Source: Bacteroidota bacterium
GTDB lineage: Bacteria > Bacteroidota > Bacteroidia > Flavobacteriales > Weeksellaceae
Reading direction: 5' to 3'
Length of the DNA: 64,000 bases
Assembly: GCA_023394415.1 (NCBI GenBank)
Contig: JAEXAR010000034.1
Location: 24,298-88,297 of the forward strand
Shown: one piece after another, positions 1 to 9,206 of the stretch
Numbering within the stretch: the stretch's first letter is position 1
How the letters are laid out: each line of letters begins with the position of its first letter
Made by a program: the position numbers and the translations under genes
The notes under the pieces: model-generated
The model's database searches: none
What the model was told of the DNA's origin: nothing
What the model saw: only the letters and a program-made list of their open reading frames with translations

Positions 1-298
1 CAAGAATGTTAGCCATTTTACCTCCTCTAATTTTTGGTGATTTAGGTTCAACATCGTTATTAAAATTTCCCGTAATCTGAAATCCCGATACTTGCAGTAA
101 TACTTCATTCAGGTTTTGACCTTGAAATTTTTCAAGGTCTTTTTCTGTGAGGAGTTTCACATTTTTTCCGGTTTTGTAAAGTTGTTGCGGCACTTTTGAA
201 GCGATGGTTACTTCTTCAATTTGGGTTTCTTTTTCTTGGGCAAAACTTGGTGCACTTACGACAAGTAATGCTCCAACCATAATCAATTTTTTCTTCAT
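1..298 (-). CDS. TonB-dependent receptor, N-terminal part (partial; runs off the window)
   Basis: The minus-strand ORF starts at ATG (reverse complement of 296-298). Its translation MKKKLIMVGALLVVSAPSFAQEKETQIEEVTIASKVP...FQITGNF has a signal peptide and a TonB-plug-like N-terminus. A cobalamin riboswitch lies upstream. Confidence 0.6.
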   Translation of the reverse strand, partial: MKKKLIMVGALLVVSAPSFAQEKETQIEEVTIASKVPQQLYKTGKNVKLLTEKDLEKFQGQNLNEVLLQVSGFQITGNFNNDVEPKSPKIRGGKMANIL

Positions 299-415
299 TT
301 TTTTTGATGAATTAATTAAAGTTAAAGTAAACTTATCGGAAAAATAAAAGGTAAAATGCTGAAAACTGAATCTCAGAAAATCACGACTCTTCCTCCGAAA
401 GCGTTTAATAAACAT

Positions 416-647
416 CTTTCAGCAAGGTCTCCTGACTTTCACTATTCTGCACCTTCCCGAGAATTCAGTGGTTTTTCAATCAATTATTAAAATTAATAAT
501 TGCTTTGCAGAACATTAATGCATTGAATGAATAAATTTTGAAAGATTGAATGGTAGCACACAACTTCCGACATCTGTCATCCAACAAAGTGTGATTTACA
601 GTTGCGGGGACAGTTCACGATTTACACGCGATTCCCTTTTCTGAAAG
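416..647 (-). ncRNA. Cobalamin (AdoCbl) riboswitch in the 5' leader of the TonB-dependent receptor gene
   Basis: The minus strand reads ...CTTTCAG-AAAAGGGAATCGCGTGTAAATCGTGAACTGTCCCCGCAACTGTAA...GAAAGTCAGGAGACCTTGC-CTGAAAG. This gives the conserved GGGAA/GGTG-like/CCCGCAACTGT core and a B12-box-like AGTCAGGAGACCTTGC. The P1 helix CTTTCAG (647-641) pairs with CTGAAAG (422-416) and closes the element. Confidence 0.65.
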
Positions 648-749
648 TTTTGCTAAGATACGTAAATAAAGGAAATTTTGTGAGAGACTGATAAATATCA
701 TTGTTTCTCCTAAAAAAGTAAATCCAGTTTAATTAATGATATAGAAGCT

Positions 750-1232
750 TTATAAATATGACGAATCAAAAGAAAACGGAAGCAAATCTCTTACAGAATG
801 GGTTTTATAAACCTCTCCATTCATTGAAGCAAAATAGATTTCGATATCGTTGTTCTGTTTGGTTTCATATTCGGAAATGCTTTGTCTGCAAGCACCACAA
901 GGAGGTGTAGCAACTGATTTTTCGGGGAAATCTTTTGGACCACCTATAACGAAAAGTTTTATAATTTTTTGGTTGGGAAAGTTGGCCGAAGTCCAGAAAA
1001 TGGTTGCTCTTTCCGCACAAGTTCCGGAAGGATACGCTGCATTTTCTTGATTGTTTCCGGAGATAATTTCTCCATTTTCAAGAAGTAAAGCGCAACCAAC
1101 CAAAAATTTAGAATAAGGCGCATAAGCATTTTCACGCGCAGTTTTGGCCGTTTCAAAAAGTTTTTTTTCGGTATCGTTCAGTTCATCAACGCTTGGAAAA
1201 TAATCGTAGCCGATTTTTATTTCTTTCTGCAT
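750..1232 (-). CDS. cdd: cytidine deaminase
   Basis: Zinc-binding CAERATIF and PCGACRQ motifs; about 160 aa. Confidence 0.85.
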   Translation of the reverse strand: MQKEIKIGYDYFPSVDELNDTEKKLFETAKTARENAYAPYSKFLVGCALLLENGEIISGNNQENAAYPSGTCAERATIFWTSANFPNQKIIKLFVIGGPKDFPEKSVATPPCGACRQSISEYETKQNNDIEIYFASMNGEVYKTHSVRDLLPFSFDSSYL

Positions 1233-1300
1233 CAGAAAATTTTAAAGGGAAGTAAAGTTAAGGTTTTTTTGCTTTTCAGCAAAAAAAGTAGGTAAACAGC

Positions 1301-1320
1301 AGTCCGAAGTCCGAAGATTG
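1301..1320. repeat. Solo (GTCCGAAG)2 repeat, the same motif that flanks the four-helix-bundle gene at 55.5-56.0 kb
   Basis: agtccgaagtccgaagattg lies in the cdd/OYE divergent intergenic region. Confidence 0.5.
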
Positions 1321-1360
1321 AATTTTTATTTCATTAAATTTGAATAAAATATTTGAGATT

Positions 1361-1403
1361 TGAAATTGAAACCTCAAAATTGAAACCTGAAACCTGAAAC
1401 AAA
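1361..1403. repeat. Tandem heptamer-like repeats (TGAAACC)n immediately upstream of the OYE gene start
   Basis: tgaaattgaaacctcaaaattgaaacctgaaacctgaaac. Confidence 0.5.
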
Positions 1404-1408
1404 AACCT

Positions 1409-2455
1409 ATGCTTTACGAACCCATAACATTCAGAAATCTTGTACTAAAAAACCGTTGGGTAATGTCTCCGATGTGTATGTATTCTGCTAAAGAAGGTGT
1501 GCCGAACGATTTTCACTTTGTGCATTATTGTAGCCGTGCACAAGGCGGAACCGGATTATTGATCGTGGAAGCAACAGGCATAGTTCCGGAAGGAAGAATT
1601 ACGGATAAATGTACCGGAATCTGGAATGATGAACAGACAGAATCTTTCAAAAAAATTGTCTATTTCGTTCACCAACATTCTGAAAGCAAAATTGGGATAC
1701 AACTTGCACACGCCGGTAGAAAAGCTTCTACGTGGAACGGCGTACAAACCAATGACGAAAATAGCTGGCAAACTGTTGCCCCTTCAGAAATTCCTTATAA
1801 AGACGATGAAAGAATTCCTCATCAATTATCTGTTGAGGAGATCAAAAATTTGGTTGAAAGTTTTAAAACTGCAGCAATTCGAGCATTAAACGCAGGCTTT
1901 GATGTGATGGAAATTCATGCGGCACATGGTTATCTCATTCACCAATTTCTATCACCGCTTTCTAATAACAGAACTGACGAATATGGCGGAAGTTTTGAAA
2001 ACAGAGTGCGATTTTTGGTTGAAATTGTAGAAGCCGTCAATTCAGTTTTAGATGAGAATCATCCACTTTTTGTAAGAATTTCAGCAGACGAATATGCTGA
2101 AAACGGTTGGGATTTGAAGCAAAGTGTAGAACTTTCCAAAATCTTGAAAATTAAAAGTGTAGATTTAATAGATGTTTCAAGCGGAGGAAATATTCACGGA
2201 GCTAAAATTTCAGTTTTCAATGGTTATCAAGTTCCTTTTTCTGCTAAAATTAGAAAAGAAGCCGAAATAAAAACTGGAGCTGTTGGCTTAATTACCAGCG
2301 CCAAACAAGCCGAAATGATTTTGGAAAACCAAGAGGCTGATTTAATTTTCGTTGCCCGTGAGATTTTAAGAAACCCATATCTTCCTATTCAAGGTGCTTT
2401 TGAATCGGGTAAAGATTGTCCATTTCCAGAACAATATGAACGTGCAAAGAAATGA
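1409..2455 (+). CDS. namA: NADH:flavin oxidoreductase / NADPH dehydrogenase (Old Yellow Enzyme family, NamA-like)
   Basis: The N-terminus MLYEPITFRNLVLKNRWVMSPMCMY and the HAAHGYLIHQFLSP and RTDEYGGS motifs are typical of OYE enzymes. Confidence 0.85.
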   Translation: MLYEPITFRNLVLKNRWVMSPMCMYSAKEGVPNDFHFVHYCSRAQGGTGLLIVEATGIVPEGRITDKCTGIWNDEQTESFKKIVYFVHQHSESKIGIQLAHAGRKASTWNGVQTNDENSWQTVAPSEIPYKDDERIPHQLSVEEIKNLVESFKTAAIRALNAGFDVMEIHAAHGYLIHQFLSPLSNNRTDEYGGSFENRVRFLVEIVEAVNSVLDENHPLFVRISADEYAENGWDLKQSVELSKILKIKSVDLIDVSSGGNIHGAKISVFNGYQVPFSAKIRKEAEIKTGAVGLITSAKQAEMILENQEADLIFVAREILRNPYLPIQGAFESGKDCPFPEQYERAKK

Positions 2456-2724
2456 GTGTAGAAGATTTTTTGTGGAAATGTCCTTATAAAAAATATCTGG
2501 GTATTGAGTGTTATGGTTGTGGTGCGCAAACTGCCTTTCTAGAACTATTAAAAGGTAATTTTGCAGAAGCCTTCGAAATTTATCCGGCGATTTACAGTAT
2601 AATTTTGTTAGCTGTAATCTGGTTGATTTATTTCATCACCAAAAAAAAGAAGTATCAAAAAATGATACTTCCTTTAATCTTTTTAAATATTGTAATAATC
2701 GTCCTTCAGTATTATCTCCATTAA
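2452..2724 (+). CDS. DUF2752-like small membrane protein
   Basis: [15 protein letters not shown] motif followed by TM helices. Its start overlaps the upstream gene by 4 nt. Confidence 0.45.
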   Translation: MSVEDFLWKCPYKKYLGIECYGCGAQTAFLELLKGNFAEAFEIYPAIYSIILLAVIWLIYFITKKKKYQKMILPLIFLNIVIIVLQYYLH

Positions 2725-4004
2725 GAATATTCAAATTTTCTTACCACTTCCAAAGTTCTGTCGATTTCATTTTGCTTAATCGCATCAGAAATAAACCAAG
2801 TCTCAAAACCACTTGGCGGAAGGTAGATTCCATTAGCCAAAAGTTGGTGAAAGAAATTATTGAAAAGTGAGTGGTTGGCATTTGCCGCTTCATCAAAATT
2901 AGAAACTGAAGAAATATGGAAGAAAACACTCATCATCGAACCTTTTCTGTTGATACGGTGAGCAATTCCCTTCTCATTTAGGATTTTTCCGATTTCGAAA
3001 TCTAAAGTTTCTGTGGTTTTATTGATATTTTCGAAGAAGTTTTGATTTCTTTTAATCAACTCCAATGTCGTTAAACCCGCCTTCATTGCCAAAGGATTTC
3101 CACTTAATGTTCCTGCTTGGTAAACAGCACCTTTTGGAGCCAAATAATCCATAATTTCGTTTCTCCCTGCAAAAGCACCAACTGGCATTCCACCTCCAAT
3201 AACTTTTCCGTAGGTTACCAAATCAGCTTTCACATCAAAAACTTCCTGTGCACCACCAAAAGCCAAACGAAAACCAGTCATCACCTCATCAAAAATGAGT
3301 AAAGTTCCGTTCTCGTCACAGATTTTTCTTAAGTCTTGTAGAAAATTATTTTCAGGTAAAACGCAACCCATATTTCCTGCAACCGGTTCGATAATTACCG
3401 CAGCAATCTCACCTTCATTGTGCTTGAAAATATCCTGCACCTGCTCGAAATCATTGTATCTTGCAAGCAAAGTATCTTTTGCAGTTCCCTCAGTAACGCC
3501 AGGTGAATTTGGGTTACCAAAAGTTGCAGCACCACTTCCCGCTTTAATTAAAAATGAATCTGAATGTCCGTGATAACAGCCCTCAAATTTTATAATTTTA
3601 TCTCTTTTGGTGTAACCTCTTGCCAAACGAACTGCGCTCATACACGCTTCAGTTCCGGAAGAAACCATCCTAATTTGATCGATATTTGGAACATTTTGTA
3701 CAATAAATTTCGCAATTTCAGTTTCTAATTCTGTTGGTGTACCATAAGAAAAACCTTTTTCTGCTTGCCTTTGTACAGCTTCCAAAACCTCAGGATGCGT
3801 ATGTCCCAAAATTGCAGGTCCCCAAGAATTAATATAATCAATATAATTTCTGTCATCGGCATCCGTAAGGTATGCACCTTTGGCAGATTTCATAAAAATC
3901 GGAACGCCACCAACAGATTTGAATGCACGAACCGGAGAATTTACACCGCCAGGAATATATTTATAGGCTTCATCGAACAACGCAGAACTTCTTTGATACA
4001 ACAT
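2721..4004 (-). CDS. hemL: glutamate-1-semialdehyde 2,1-aminomutase
   Basis: The N-terminus [22 protein letters not shown] and a class III aminotransferase fold over 427 aa. Confidence 0.9.
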   Translation of the reverse strand: MLYQRSSALFDEAYKYIPGGVNSPVRAFKSVGGVPIFMKSAKGAYLTDADDRNYIDYINSWGPAILGHTHPEVLEAVQRQAEKGFSYGTPTELETEIAKFIVQNVPNIDQIRMVSSGTEACMSAVRLARGYTKRDKIIKFEGCYHGHSDSFLIKAGSGAATFGNPNSPGVTEGTAKDTLLARYNDFEQVQDIFKHNEGEIAAVIIEPVAGNMGCVLPENNFLQDLRKICDENGTLLIFDEVMTGFRLAFGGAQEVFDVKADLVTYGKVIGGGMPVGAFAGRNEIMDYLAPKGAVYQAGTLSGNPLAMKAGLTTLELIKRNQNFFENINKTTETLDFEIGKILNEKGIAHRINRKGSMMSVFFHISSVSNFDEAANANHSLFNNFFHQLLANGIYLPPSGFETWFISDAIKQNEIDRTLEVVRKFEYS

Positions 4005-4088
4005 TTTAAAGGAATTAATAATTGATAATTAAAATTTAATAATTTGAATTTTGACATCGTTAGAAAATCATTTTCTTCGGATGTGATT

Positions 4089-4117
4089 AAAAAAGAGCGC
4101 ACCAAAAGGTGCGCTCA
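4089..4117 (-). terminator. Rho-independent terminator for the glucosaminidase gene
   Basis: GAGCGCACC-aaaa-GGTGCGCTC has a 9-bp GC stem followed by a T-run on the minus strand. Confidence 0.7.
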
Positions 4118-4176
4118 CAAATTTACGAATATTCTATCAAATTTAAGATTTGAGTTTTTATGAAAATCTATAAGTT

Positions 4177-4309
4177 ATATCACAAAGTTCTCAAATGGTT
4201 TTCCCAAAGTTCACTAAAGTTGTTGGAACACAAAGGCGCAAGGCTTATTAAAGTAAATGAATTATAAAATTATTGTGTGCTTTGTGATTTCCTTAGTGTT
4301 CTTTGTGTG
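4177..4309 (-). repeat. 3'-UTR element made of CACAAAG / CTTTGTG motif arrays (copy A)
   Basis: atatcacaaag...cccaaag...aacacaaagg on one side and tgtgctttgtg...gttctttgtgtgac on the other. It abuts the stop codon of the minus-strand gene at 4311. Confidence 0.5.
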
Positions 4310-4310
4310 A

Positions 4311-5360
4311 CTATGATTTTGGTTTTTTCTCCTGCAGATAAATTTTTTGTCCTACTTTTGGTTGCTCACCATAAGACATTCTGTTTTTGGAATATAATTT
4401 AGAAAGTTTGATACCGAATTTTTGGGAAATATCGTGCATCGTTTCCCCAACTTGGGCGTTATAAGTTTTTGTGTTACCTTCTGAACCTTTAGATTCAAGG
4501 AAAAGCACATCATTTTTTTGGAGTCTTGTTCCTGAAAGTTCGTTCCATTTCATTAAACGGCTTTCTGTAATTTTAAATTTATTTGCGATAAAAGACAAAT
4601 CGGTATCTGCAGGAACAATAATAAATTTTCTGTTGCCATTTGGATGATTTTTCACCAAGACGGTCTGTAACATTTCGGCGTCTGTTTTAAGTTTCTCAAC
4701 TTTCTGCTGTTGCTTGGCGTAAGAGGTTTGTTCATAAGGCACTTTCACTGTTACCGGTTCAGATTTCACTTTACTTTGATCAACCTGCGCCATAAAAATT
4801 TTATCATTCTTTAAATCCGGATAGAGTTTCAGTACAGTAAACAAGGCTTCTTTGGAAGTGGTATTATCAAATTCATACAACCTGTACTTTTCAATTTTAT
4901 CAATTAAAATATAAGCATAACGAGGATTTGTAGCATAACCTGCTTTCTTAAGTCCGTGAGACCAGGCTTTATAATCCTTAATATTTAGGGTAAAAAGATT
5001 CTGATAATATTTACGGTATCTTAAAAACTTGGAGTGGTCTTCATAAGACTGTTTCGGATCGTCGTAAACACGAAAACACTCATTAGGTGCATCATCTGTG
5101 TGAGACATGGTTTTCCCCGTCCAATCTTCTTTACACTTAATACCAAAGTGGTTGTTTCCCTGTTGTGCCAAGCGAGATTGTCCACCACCAGTTTCAAGAA
5201 GTCCCTGTGCTAAAGTAATGGAAGCCGGAATTTGATATTTTTCCATTTCTTCCACAGCATAAGCCGCAAATTTTTGGATGTACTGATCTTCAGTTTTCCA
5301 GGTTTGGGCATTAAATTCTGATAAAATAATTAGTGCAAAAGCAAGAAATATTTTTTTCAT
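4311..5360 (-). CDS. Peptidoglycan hydrolase: mannosyl-glycoprotein endo-beta-N-acetylglucosaminidase (FlgJ-like) domain plus C-terminal LysM repeats
   Basis: LAQGLLETGGGQSRLAQQGNNHFGIKC glucosaminidase motif. The signal peptide starts at the internal Met (MKKIFLAFALIIL). C-terminal LysM-like repeats. Confidence 0.75.
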   Translation of the reverse strand: MKKIFLAFALIILSEFNAQTWKTEDQYIQKFAAYAVEEMEKYQIPASITLAQGLLETGGGQSRLAQQGNNHFGIKCKEDWTGKTMSHTDDAPNECFRVYDDPKQSYEDHSKFLRYRKYYQNLFTLNIKDYKAWSHGLKKAGYATNPRYAYILIDKIEKYRLYEFDNTTSKEALFTVLKLYPDLKNDKIFMAQVDQSKVKSEPVTVKVPYEQTSYAKQQQKVEKLKTDAEMLQTVLVKNHPNGNRKFIIVPADTDLSFIANKFKITESRLMKWNELSGTRLQKNDVLFLESKGSEGNTKTYNAQVGETMHDISQKFGIKLSKLYSKNRMSYGEQPKVGQKIYLQEKKPKS

Positions 5361-5370
5361 ATTTATTAAA

Positions 5371-5425
5371 TTTTGGCTAAAGCCAATTGAAATTAATTCT
5401 TTTAAAAACGTGCTAAAGCTCGTTT
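5371..5425. repeat. Bipartite intergenic repeat, copy 1 (TTGGCTAAAGCCAA ... ACGTGCTAAAGCTCGT)
   Basis: Both palindromes are shared with the copies at 38252-38306 and 52588-52637. The second palindrome overlaps the stop codon of the gene at 5413-6333. Confidence 0.6.
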
Positions 5426-6333
5426 GTTTTATCAATTAAATTGCGGTTTTGCTTTTTTAGCATTTGGTTCGCACCTTCAATTCCTTGAAGTCCTCCGGTA
5501 TGAAATGCTAAAATTTTGCTGTTTTCGGGAAAGTATCCTTCTTCTATCAATTCTAAAAGTTTCATCATCATCTTTCCTGTGTAAACCGGCTCGAGTTGCA
5601 CACCATATTCAATGCTAAACTTATTAATGAAACGGATATTGTTGTCAGAAATTTTGCCGTAACCACCATCATATGCATCTATCAACTCAAAATTGTCTTT
5701 GCCTGAAAGTTCAGAAATTTTACTTTGTAACGAGTCATCATTTACGACCTTGAAACCGATAACTTTTTGGTCACTTTCAGCAAATTTTGAAATTCCGGCA
5801 ACTGTTCCTCCCGTTCCAACAGCGCTGCAAAGATAATCAAATTCTTGAGTATCAGAATTTAACATATTTTTAACACCTTCAATAGCCAATGGATTACTAC
5901 CACCTTCAGGAATTATTAAAGCATTGGAAAATTCGTTTTGAAGTTGTTCCGAAAGAAATTCTTTATCACGATACTCTTCACGGGTTACAAATCGAAATTG
6001 CATTCCGTTTTCGAAAGCGAATTTTAGAGTTGGATTGTCTCTCCAAGTGTATTCCAGTTCATTTCCACGAATAATGCCAAGAGTATTAATATTGTTAATT
6101 TTCCCAAGTGCAGAAAGTGCAGCAATGTGATTGGAATAAGCACCACCAAAGGATATTAGAAGCGGATTTTGTATATTTTCTGTGAGGTAATTATTAACGT
6201 TATGAAAAAGTTTCCAATATTTGTTTCCGGAAATTTCGAGATGTATGAGATCTTCACGCTTCATAAAAAGTTTGACGCTTTTCTTTAGCGGAATTTCTAT
6301 GATTGGAACCTTATTTTCAGGGATTTGCAACAC
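5413..6333 (-). CDS. 1-aminocyclopropane-1-carboxylate deaminase / D-cysteine desulfhydrase family PLP enzyme
   Basis: ISGNKYWKL...GGAYSNHIAALSALG matches the tryptophan-synthase-beta-like PLP fold. Confidence 0.7.
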   Translation of the reverse strand: MLQIPENKVPIIEIPLKKSVKLFMKREDLIHLEISGNKYWKLFHNVNNYLTENIQNPLLISFGGAYSNHIAALSALGKINNINTLGIIRGNELEYTWRDNPTLKFAFENGMQFRFVTREEYRDKEFLSEQLQNEFSNALIIPEGGSNPLAIEGVKNMLNSDTQEFDYLCSAVGTGGTVAGISKFAESDQKVIGFKVVNDDSLQSKISELSGKDNFELIDAYDGGYGKISDNNIRFINKFSIEYGVQLEPVYTGKMMMKLLELIEEGYFPENSKILAFHTGGLQGIEGANQMLKKQNRNLIDKTNEL

Positions 6334-6368
6334 AAAATTTTAATTTTTAAAAATTAAAATGCCATTTT

Positions 6369-7040
6369 TTAAGCATTTTGTTCAATATCCTTCAGTTGAT
6401 CAAGATTTTTACCCAATCTTCCCATAATAATACCGTAAACTACACGATAATAAAGCCAAATTAATAACACACTGATTAGTGTGGAAACGCCAAGCCCAAC
6501 TAAAAATCCAAGTACTGTGGGATGATCCATTTCAAGATTTTGCGAAGAAATAGTGTGCAATACAAACATGGTAAGTACTGCCATAAAAAATACCAACAGC
6601 AAAATATTTGTTAAAATAAAAAGGCTCACCGTCTTTCTGAATTTCATAATCTGAATAATAAATTTTTTCAGATTTTCTTCCACATTAATCTTTCTATAAT
6701 TGAGGTAAAATTTCACCACGAAAAACCCGGTTACCAAAAGACTTACAATCCTCATGATGAAGTAAATATGAGCATAATCTGCTTCAACCTGTGTCGTTTT
6801 CTGCACACCGAGTTTCTCCATAATATGCATAAAACTGTCTTCACCTCCCGACTTAAAAACGTAAAGGATATTCAATACAAAAAACAATAAAAACTCTATA
6901 GCACTAATCCAGAAAATATATTTCACATAATTCCGTGATTTTCTGTTCAGCATCTTCAAAATTTCGCTGTTATCGTATTTATCGGGAACAGATTGCTCCT
7001 GCCATTGTTTTTTCAGGCTGTCAATATCAAAATCAGGCAT
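6369..7040 (-). CDS. Membrane protein downstream of the ECF sigma factor; putative anti-sigma factor or regulator
   Basis: Its start overlaps the sigma factor gene stop by 8 nt. Soluble N-terminus followed by four predicted TM helices. Confidence 0.4.
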   Translation of the reverse strand: MPDFDIDSLKKQWQEQSVPDKYDNSEILKMLNRKSRNYVKYIFWISAIEFLLFFVLNILYVFKSGGEDSFMHIMEKLGVQKTTQVEADYAHIYFIMRIVSLLVTGFFVVKFYLNYRKINVEENLKKFIIQIMKFRKTVSLFILTNILLLVFFMAVLTMFVLHTISSQNLEMDHPTVLGFLVGLGVSTLISVLLIWLYYRVVYGIIMGRLGKNLDQLKDIEQNA

Positions 7041-7527
7041 GTTTTTCCATCAGTTCTTTTAGGGTTTTCTTCAGACGGTTCATTTTCACTCTTGCATTGA
7101 CTTCAGAAATACCTAAAGTTTCAGCAATTTCTCGGTACGGCAAATCATCCAAATACATCATAACAATTGCCCTCTCCATTTTGGGGAGCATCTTGATTAC
7201 TTTGTAAAGCAGAGAGATTTGTTGTTGTTTCTCATCGTCATCTTCCACATAATCACGGTGATGAAAATCCATCAATTCATCCGTTTGTGGAGATTTCGTT
7301 TTCTTTCGGAATAAAGTAATGGCGGTGTTAAGCGCTACACGATACATCCAGGTTGAAATCTTACTCTGCCCTTTAAATGTGTCGTAGCTTCGCCATAATT
7401 GTAACACAATTTCCTGAAAAAGGTCCTGCTCATCTTCCAGCGAGTTTGTATAAAGCCGTGAAACCTTGATAATCAATCCTTGATTATCTTTTACCAGCTG
7501 CGAAAACTCCTTTTGCCTATCCGTCAA
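7033..7527 (-). CDS. RNA polymerase sigma-70 factor, ECF subfamily
   Basis: Region 2 (LFQEIVLQLWRSYDTF..STWMYRVALNTAITLFRK) and region 4 (YREIAETLGISEVNARVKMNR). Confidence 0.85.
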   Translation of the reverse strand: MTDRQKEFSQLVKDNQGLIIKVSRLYTNSLEDEQDLFQEIVLQLWRSYDTFKGQSKISTWMYRVALNTAITLFRKKTKSPQTDELMDFHHRDYVEDDDEKQQQISLLYKVIKMLPKMERAIVMMYLDDLPYREIAETLGISEVNARVKMNRLKKTLKELMEKHA

Positions 7528-7612
7528 AACCTTAAGAAATTATGCGAACGAAGATATTAAAAAAACTTCTATTTTTTAGTATTAAAACTACCTTCTCCTT
7601 TGTAAATAGATC

Positions 7613-7640
7613 AAAAAAAATCGGGAAACATTCCCGATTT
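7613..7640 (-). terminator. Rho-independent terminator of rpoN
   Basis: ATCGGGAA-aca-TTCCCGAT followed by T8 on the minus strand. Confidence 0.65.
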
Positions 7641-7645
7641 TAATT

Positions 7646-9127
7646 TTATAATTCTTTCCGAAGTCTTGCCACCGGAATATTGAGTTGTTCACGGTATTTG
7701 GCAATGGTTCTTCTTGCGATGTTATAACCTTTTTCTTTCAGAATTCCGACTAAAGCATCGTCCGTATAAGGTTTTCTTTTATTTTCCTTATCAATAGCTT
7801 CCTGAAGGTGCATCTTTATTTCTTTGGTAGAAACTTCCTCACCATCATCATTGGTTAACGAATCGGAGAATAAATCTTTAAGGTATACGATTCCGTTTGG
7901 TGTATCGGCATATTTGCTTTTCACCACACGAGAAATGGTTGAAATATCAAAACCTGTAATATCGGCAACATCTTTTAAAATCATTGGTTTAAGAGACTTA
8001 TCATCGCCGGTTAAGAAATATTCTTTCTGAAGTTTAACAATCGCAGTAATGGTTTGCAATAAAGTATTTTGACGCTGATTAATAGCATCAATGTACCATT
8101 TTGCAGCATCTAATTTTTGTTTGATGAATAGCGCAGCCTGTTTGTGTTCTGCCGAAGTTTTATCATGAGAATAAGTGGAAAGTATATCCTTATATTCATC
8201 TGATACTCTTAATGTTGGAGCATTTTTACTGTTCAACAAAGGAATAACATCGTACTTCCCTTTTGCCAGCTCCTTTACCTGAATTACAAAATCTGGAATA
8301 ATTTCCTGATTGATGGTGATGGTTTGTGTATCGAAGTTACCGCCGACTTTTGGCGAAAGCCTTGAGATTTCGTCTAAGGCATCCTTCAAATCGTCCTCAT
8401 CCACATCATATTTCTGCATTATTTTGTTGTAATGCTTGTTGGTTAAGGCATCAAATTGGTTCCTCAAAATATTAGCCGCCAACGAAATGGCTTTATCAGC
8501 ACTTACTTTTTTTTCAATCTGAAGAAGAAGGCATTCCTGTAAATCACGAGCTGCAACACCAGGTGGATCTAGTTTCTGAACGTAGTTTTCAAGAATATCT
8601 TCAACCTTTTCTTTATTGGTATAAACACCTTGTGAAAACGCTAAATCATCAACAATGGATTTGATTTCACGTCTTAAATAACCGTCAGTATCAAGGTTTC
8701 CAATGATATATTCAGCAATCTTTAAATCATCATCAGCAATATTGATTAAGCGAATTTGCTCAATTAAATAATCGTAAAGGGTTTGACCTTCCGTTAATAA
8801 ACTTTCATTATCAAACTCTTCATCATCTGCCGAGTAATTGCTGGAAGCCGTTTTGTAAGATGGTTCATCATCAAAAAGGTATTCTTCCACATCAAAATCG
8901 GTATCAATACTATCGGTACCTTCATCTTCATAATCGCTTCCAATATCGTCGTAAGATTCGTCCTCCTTATTATCTTCGGTAGCACGTTCCAGTGCAGGGT
9001 TTTCCTCCAACTCGCGCTCCAGTTCCTCTTCAAACTCCAAAGTGTGGAGCTGTATCAGCTTCATCAGCTGAATCTGCTGTGGCGCCAGTTTTTGGCCAAG
9101 TTTGAGTTGTAGGTTTTGTTTTAACAT
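7646..9127 (-). CDS. rpoN: RNA polymerase sigma-54 factor
   Basis: The N-terminus MLKQNLQLKLGQKLAPQQIQLMKLIQL, an acidic region, and the C-terminal RpoN box ARRTIAKYREQLNIP. Confidence 0.9.
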   Translation of the reverse strand: MLKQNLQLKLGQKLAPQQIQLMKLIQLHTLEFEEELERELEENPALERATEDNKEDESYDDIGSDYEDEGTDSIDTDFDVEEYLFDDEPSYKTASSNYSADDEEFDNESLLTEGQTLYDYLIEQIRLINIADDDLKIAEYIIGNLDTDGYLRREIKSIVDDLAFSQGVYTNKEKVEDILENYVQKLDPPGVAARDLQECLLLQIEKKVSADKAISLAANILRNQFDALTNKHYNKIMQKYDVDEDDLKDALDEISRLSPKVGGNFDTQTITINQEIIPDFVIQVKELAKGKYDVIPLLNSKNAPTLRVSDEYKDILSTYSHDKTSAEHKQAALFIKQKLDAAKWYIDAINQRQNTLLQTITAIVKLQKEYFLTGDDKSLKPMILKDVADITGFDISTISRVVKSKYADTPNGIVYLKDLFSDSLTNDDGEEVSTKEIKMHLQEAIDKENKRKPYTDDALVGILKEKGYNIARRTIAKYREQLNIPVARLRKEL

Positions 9128-9206
9128 AGTTTTCTTTAGATTGCAAAAATATCTTTTTATAATATTTACAGCTTATAATATTTTCACTATTCTTTTTATA
9201 ATTAAA

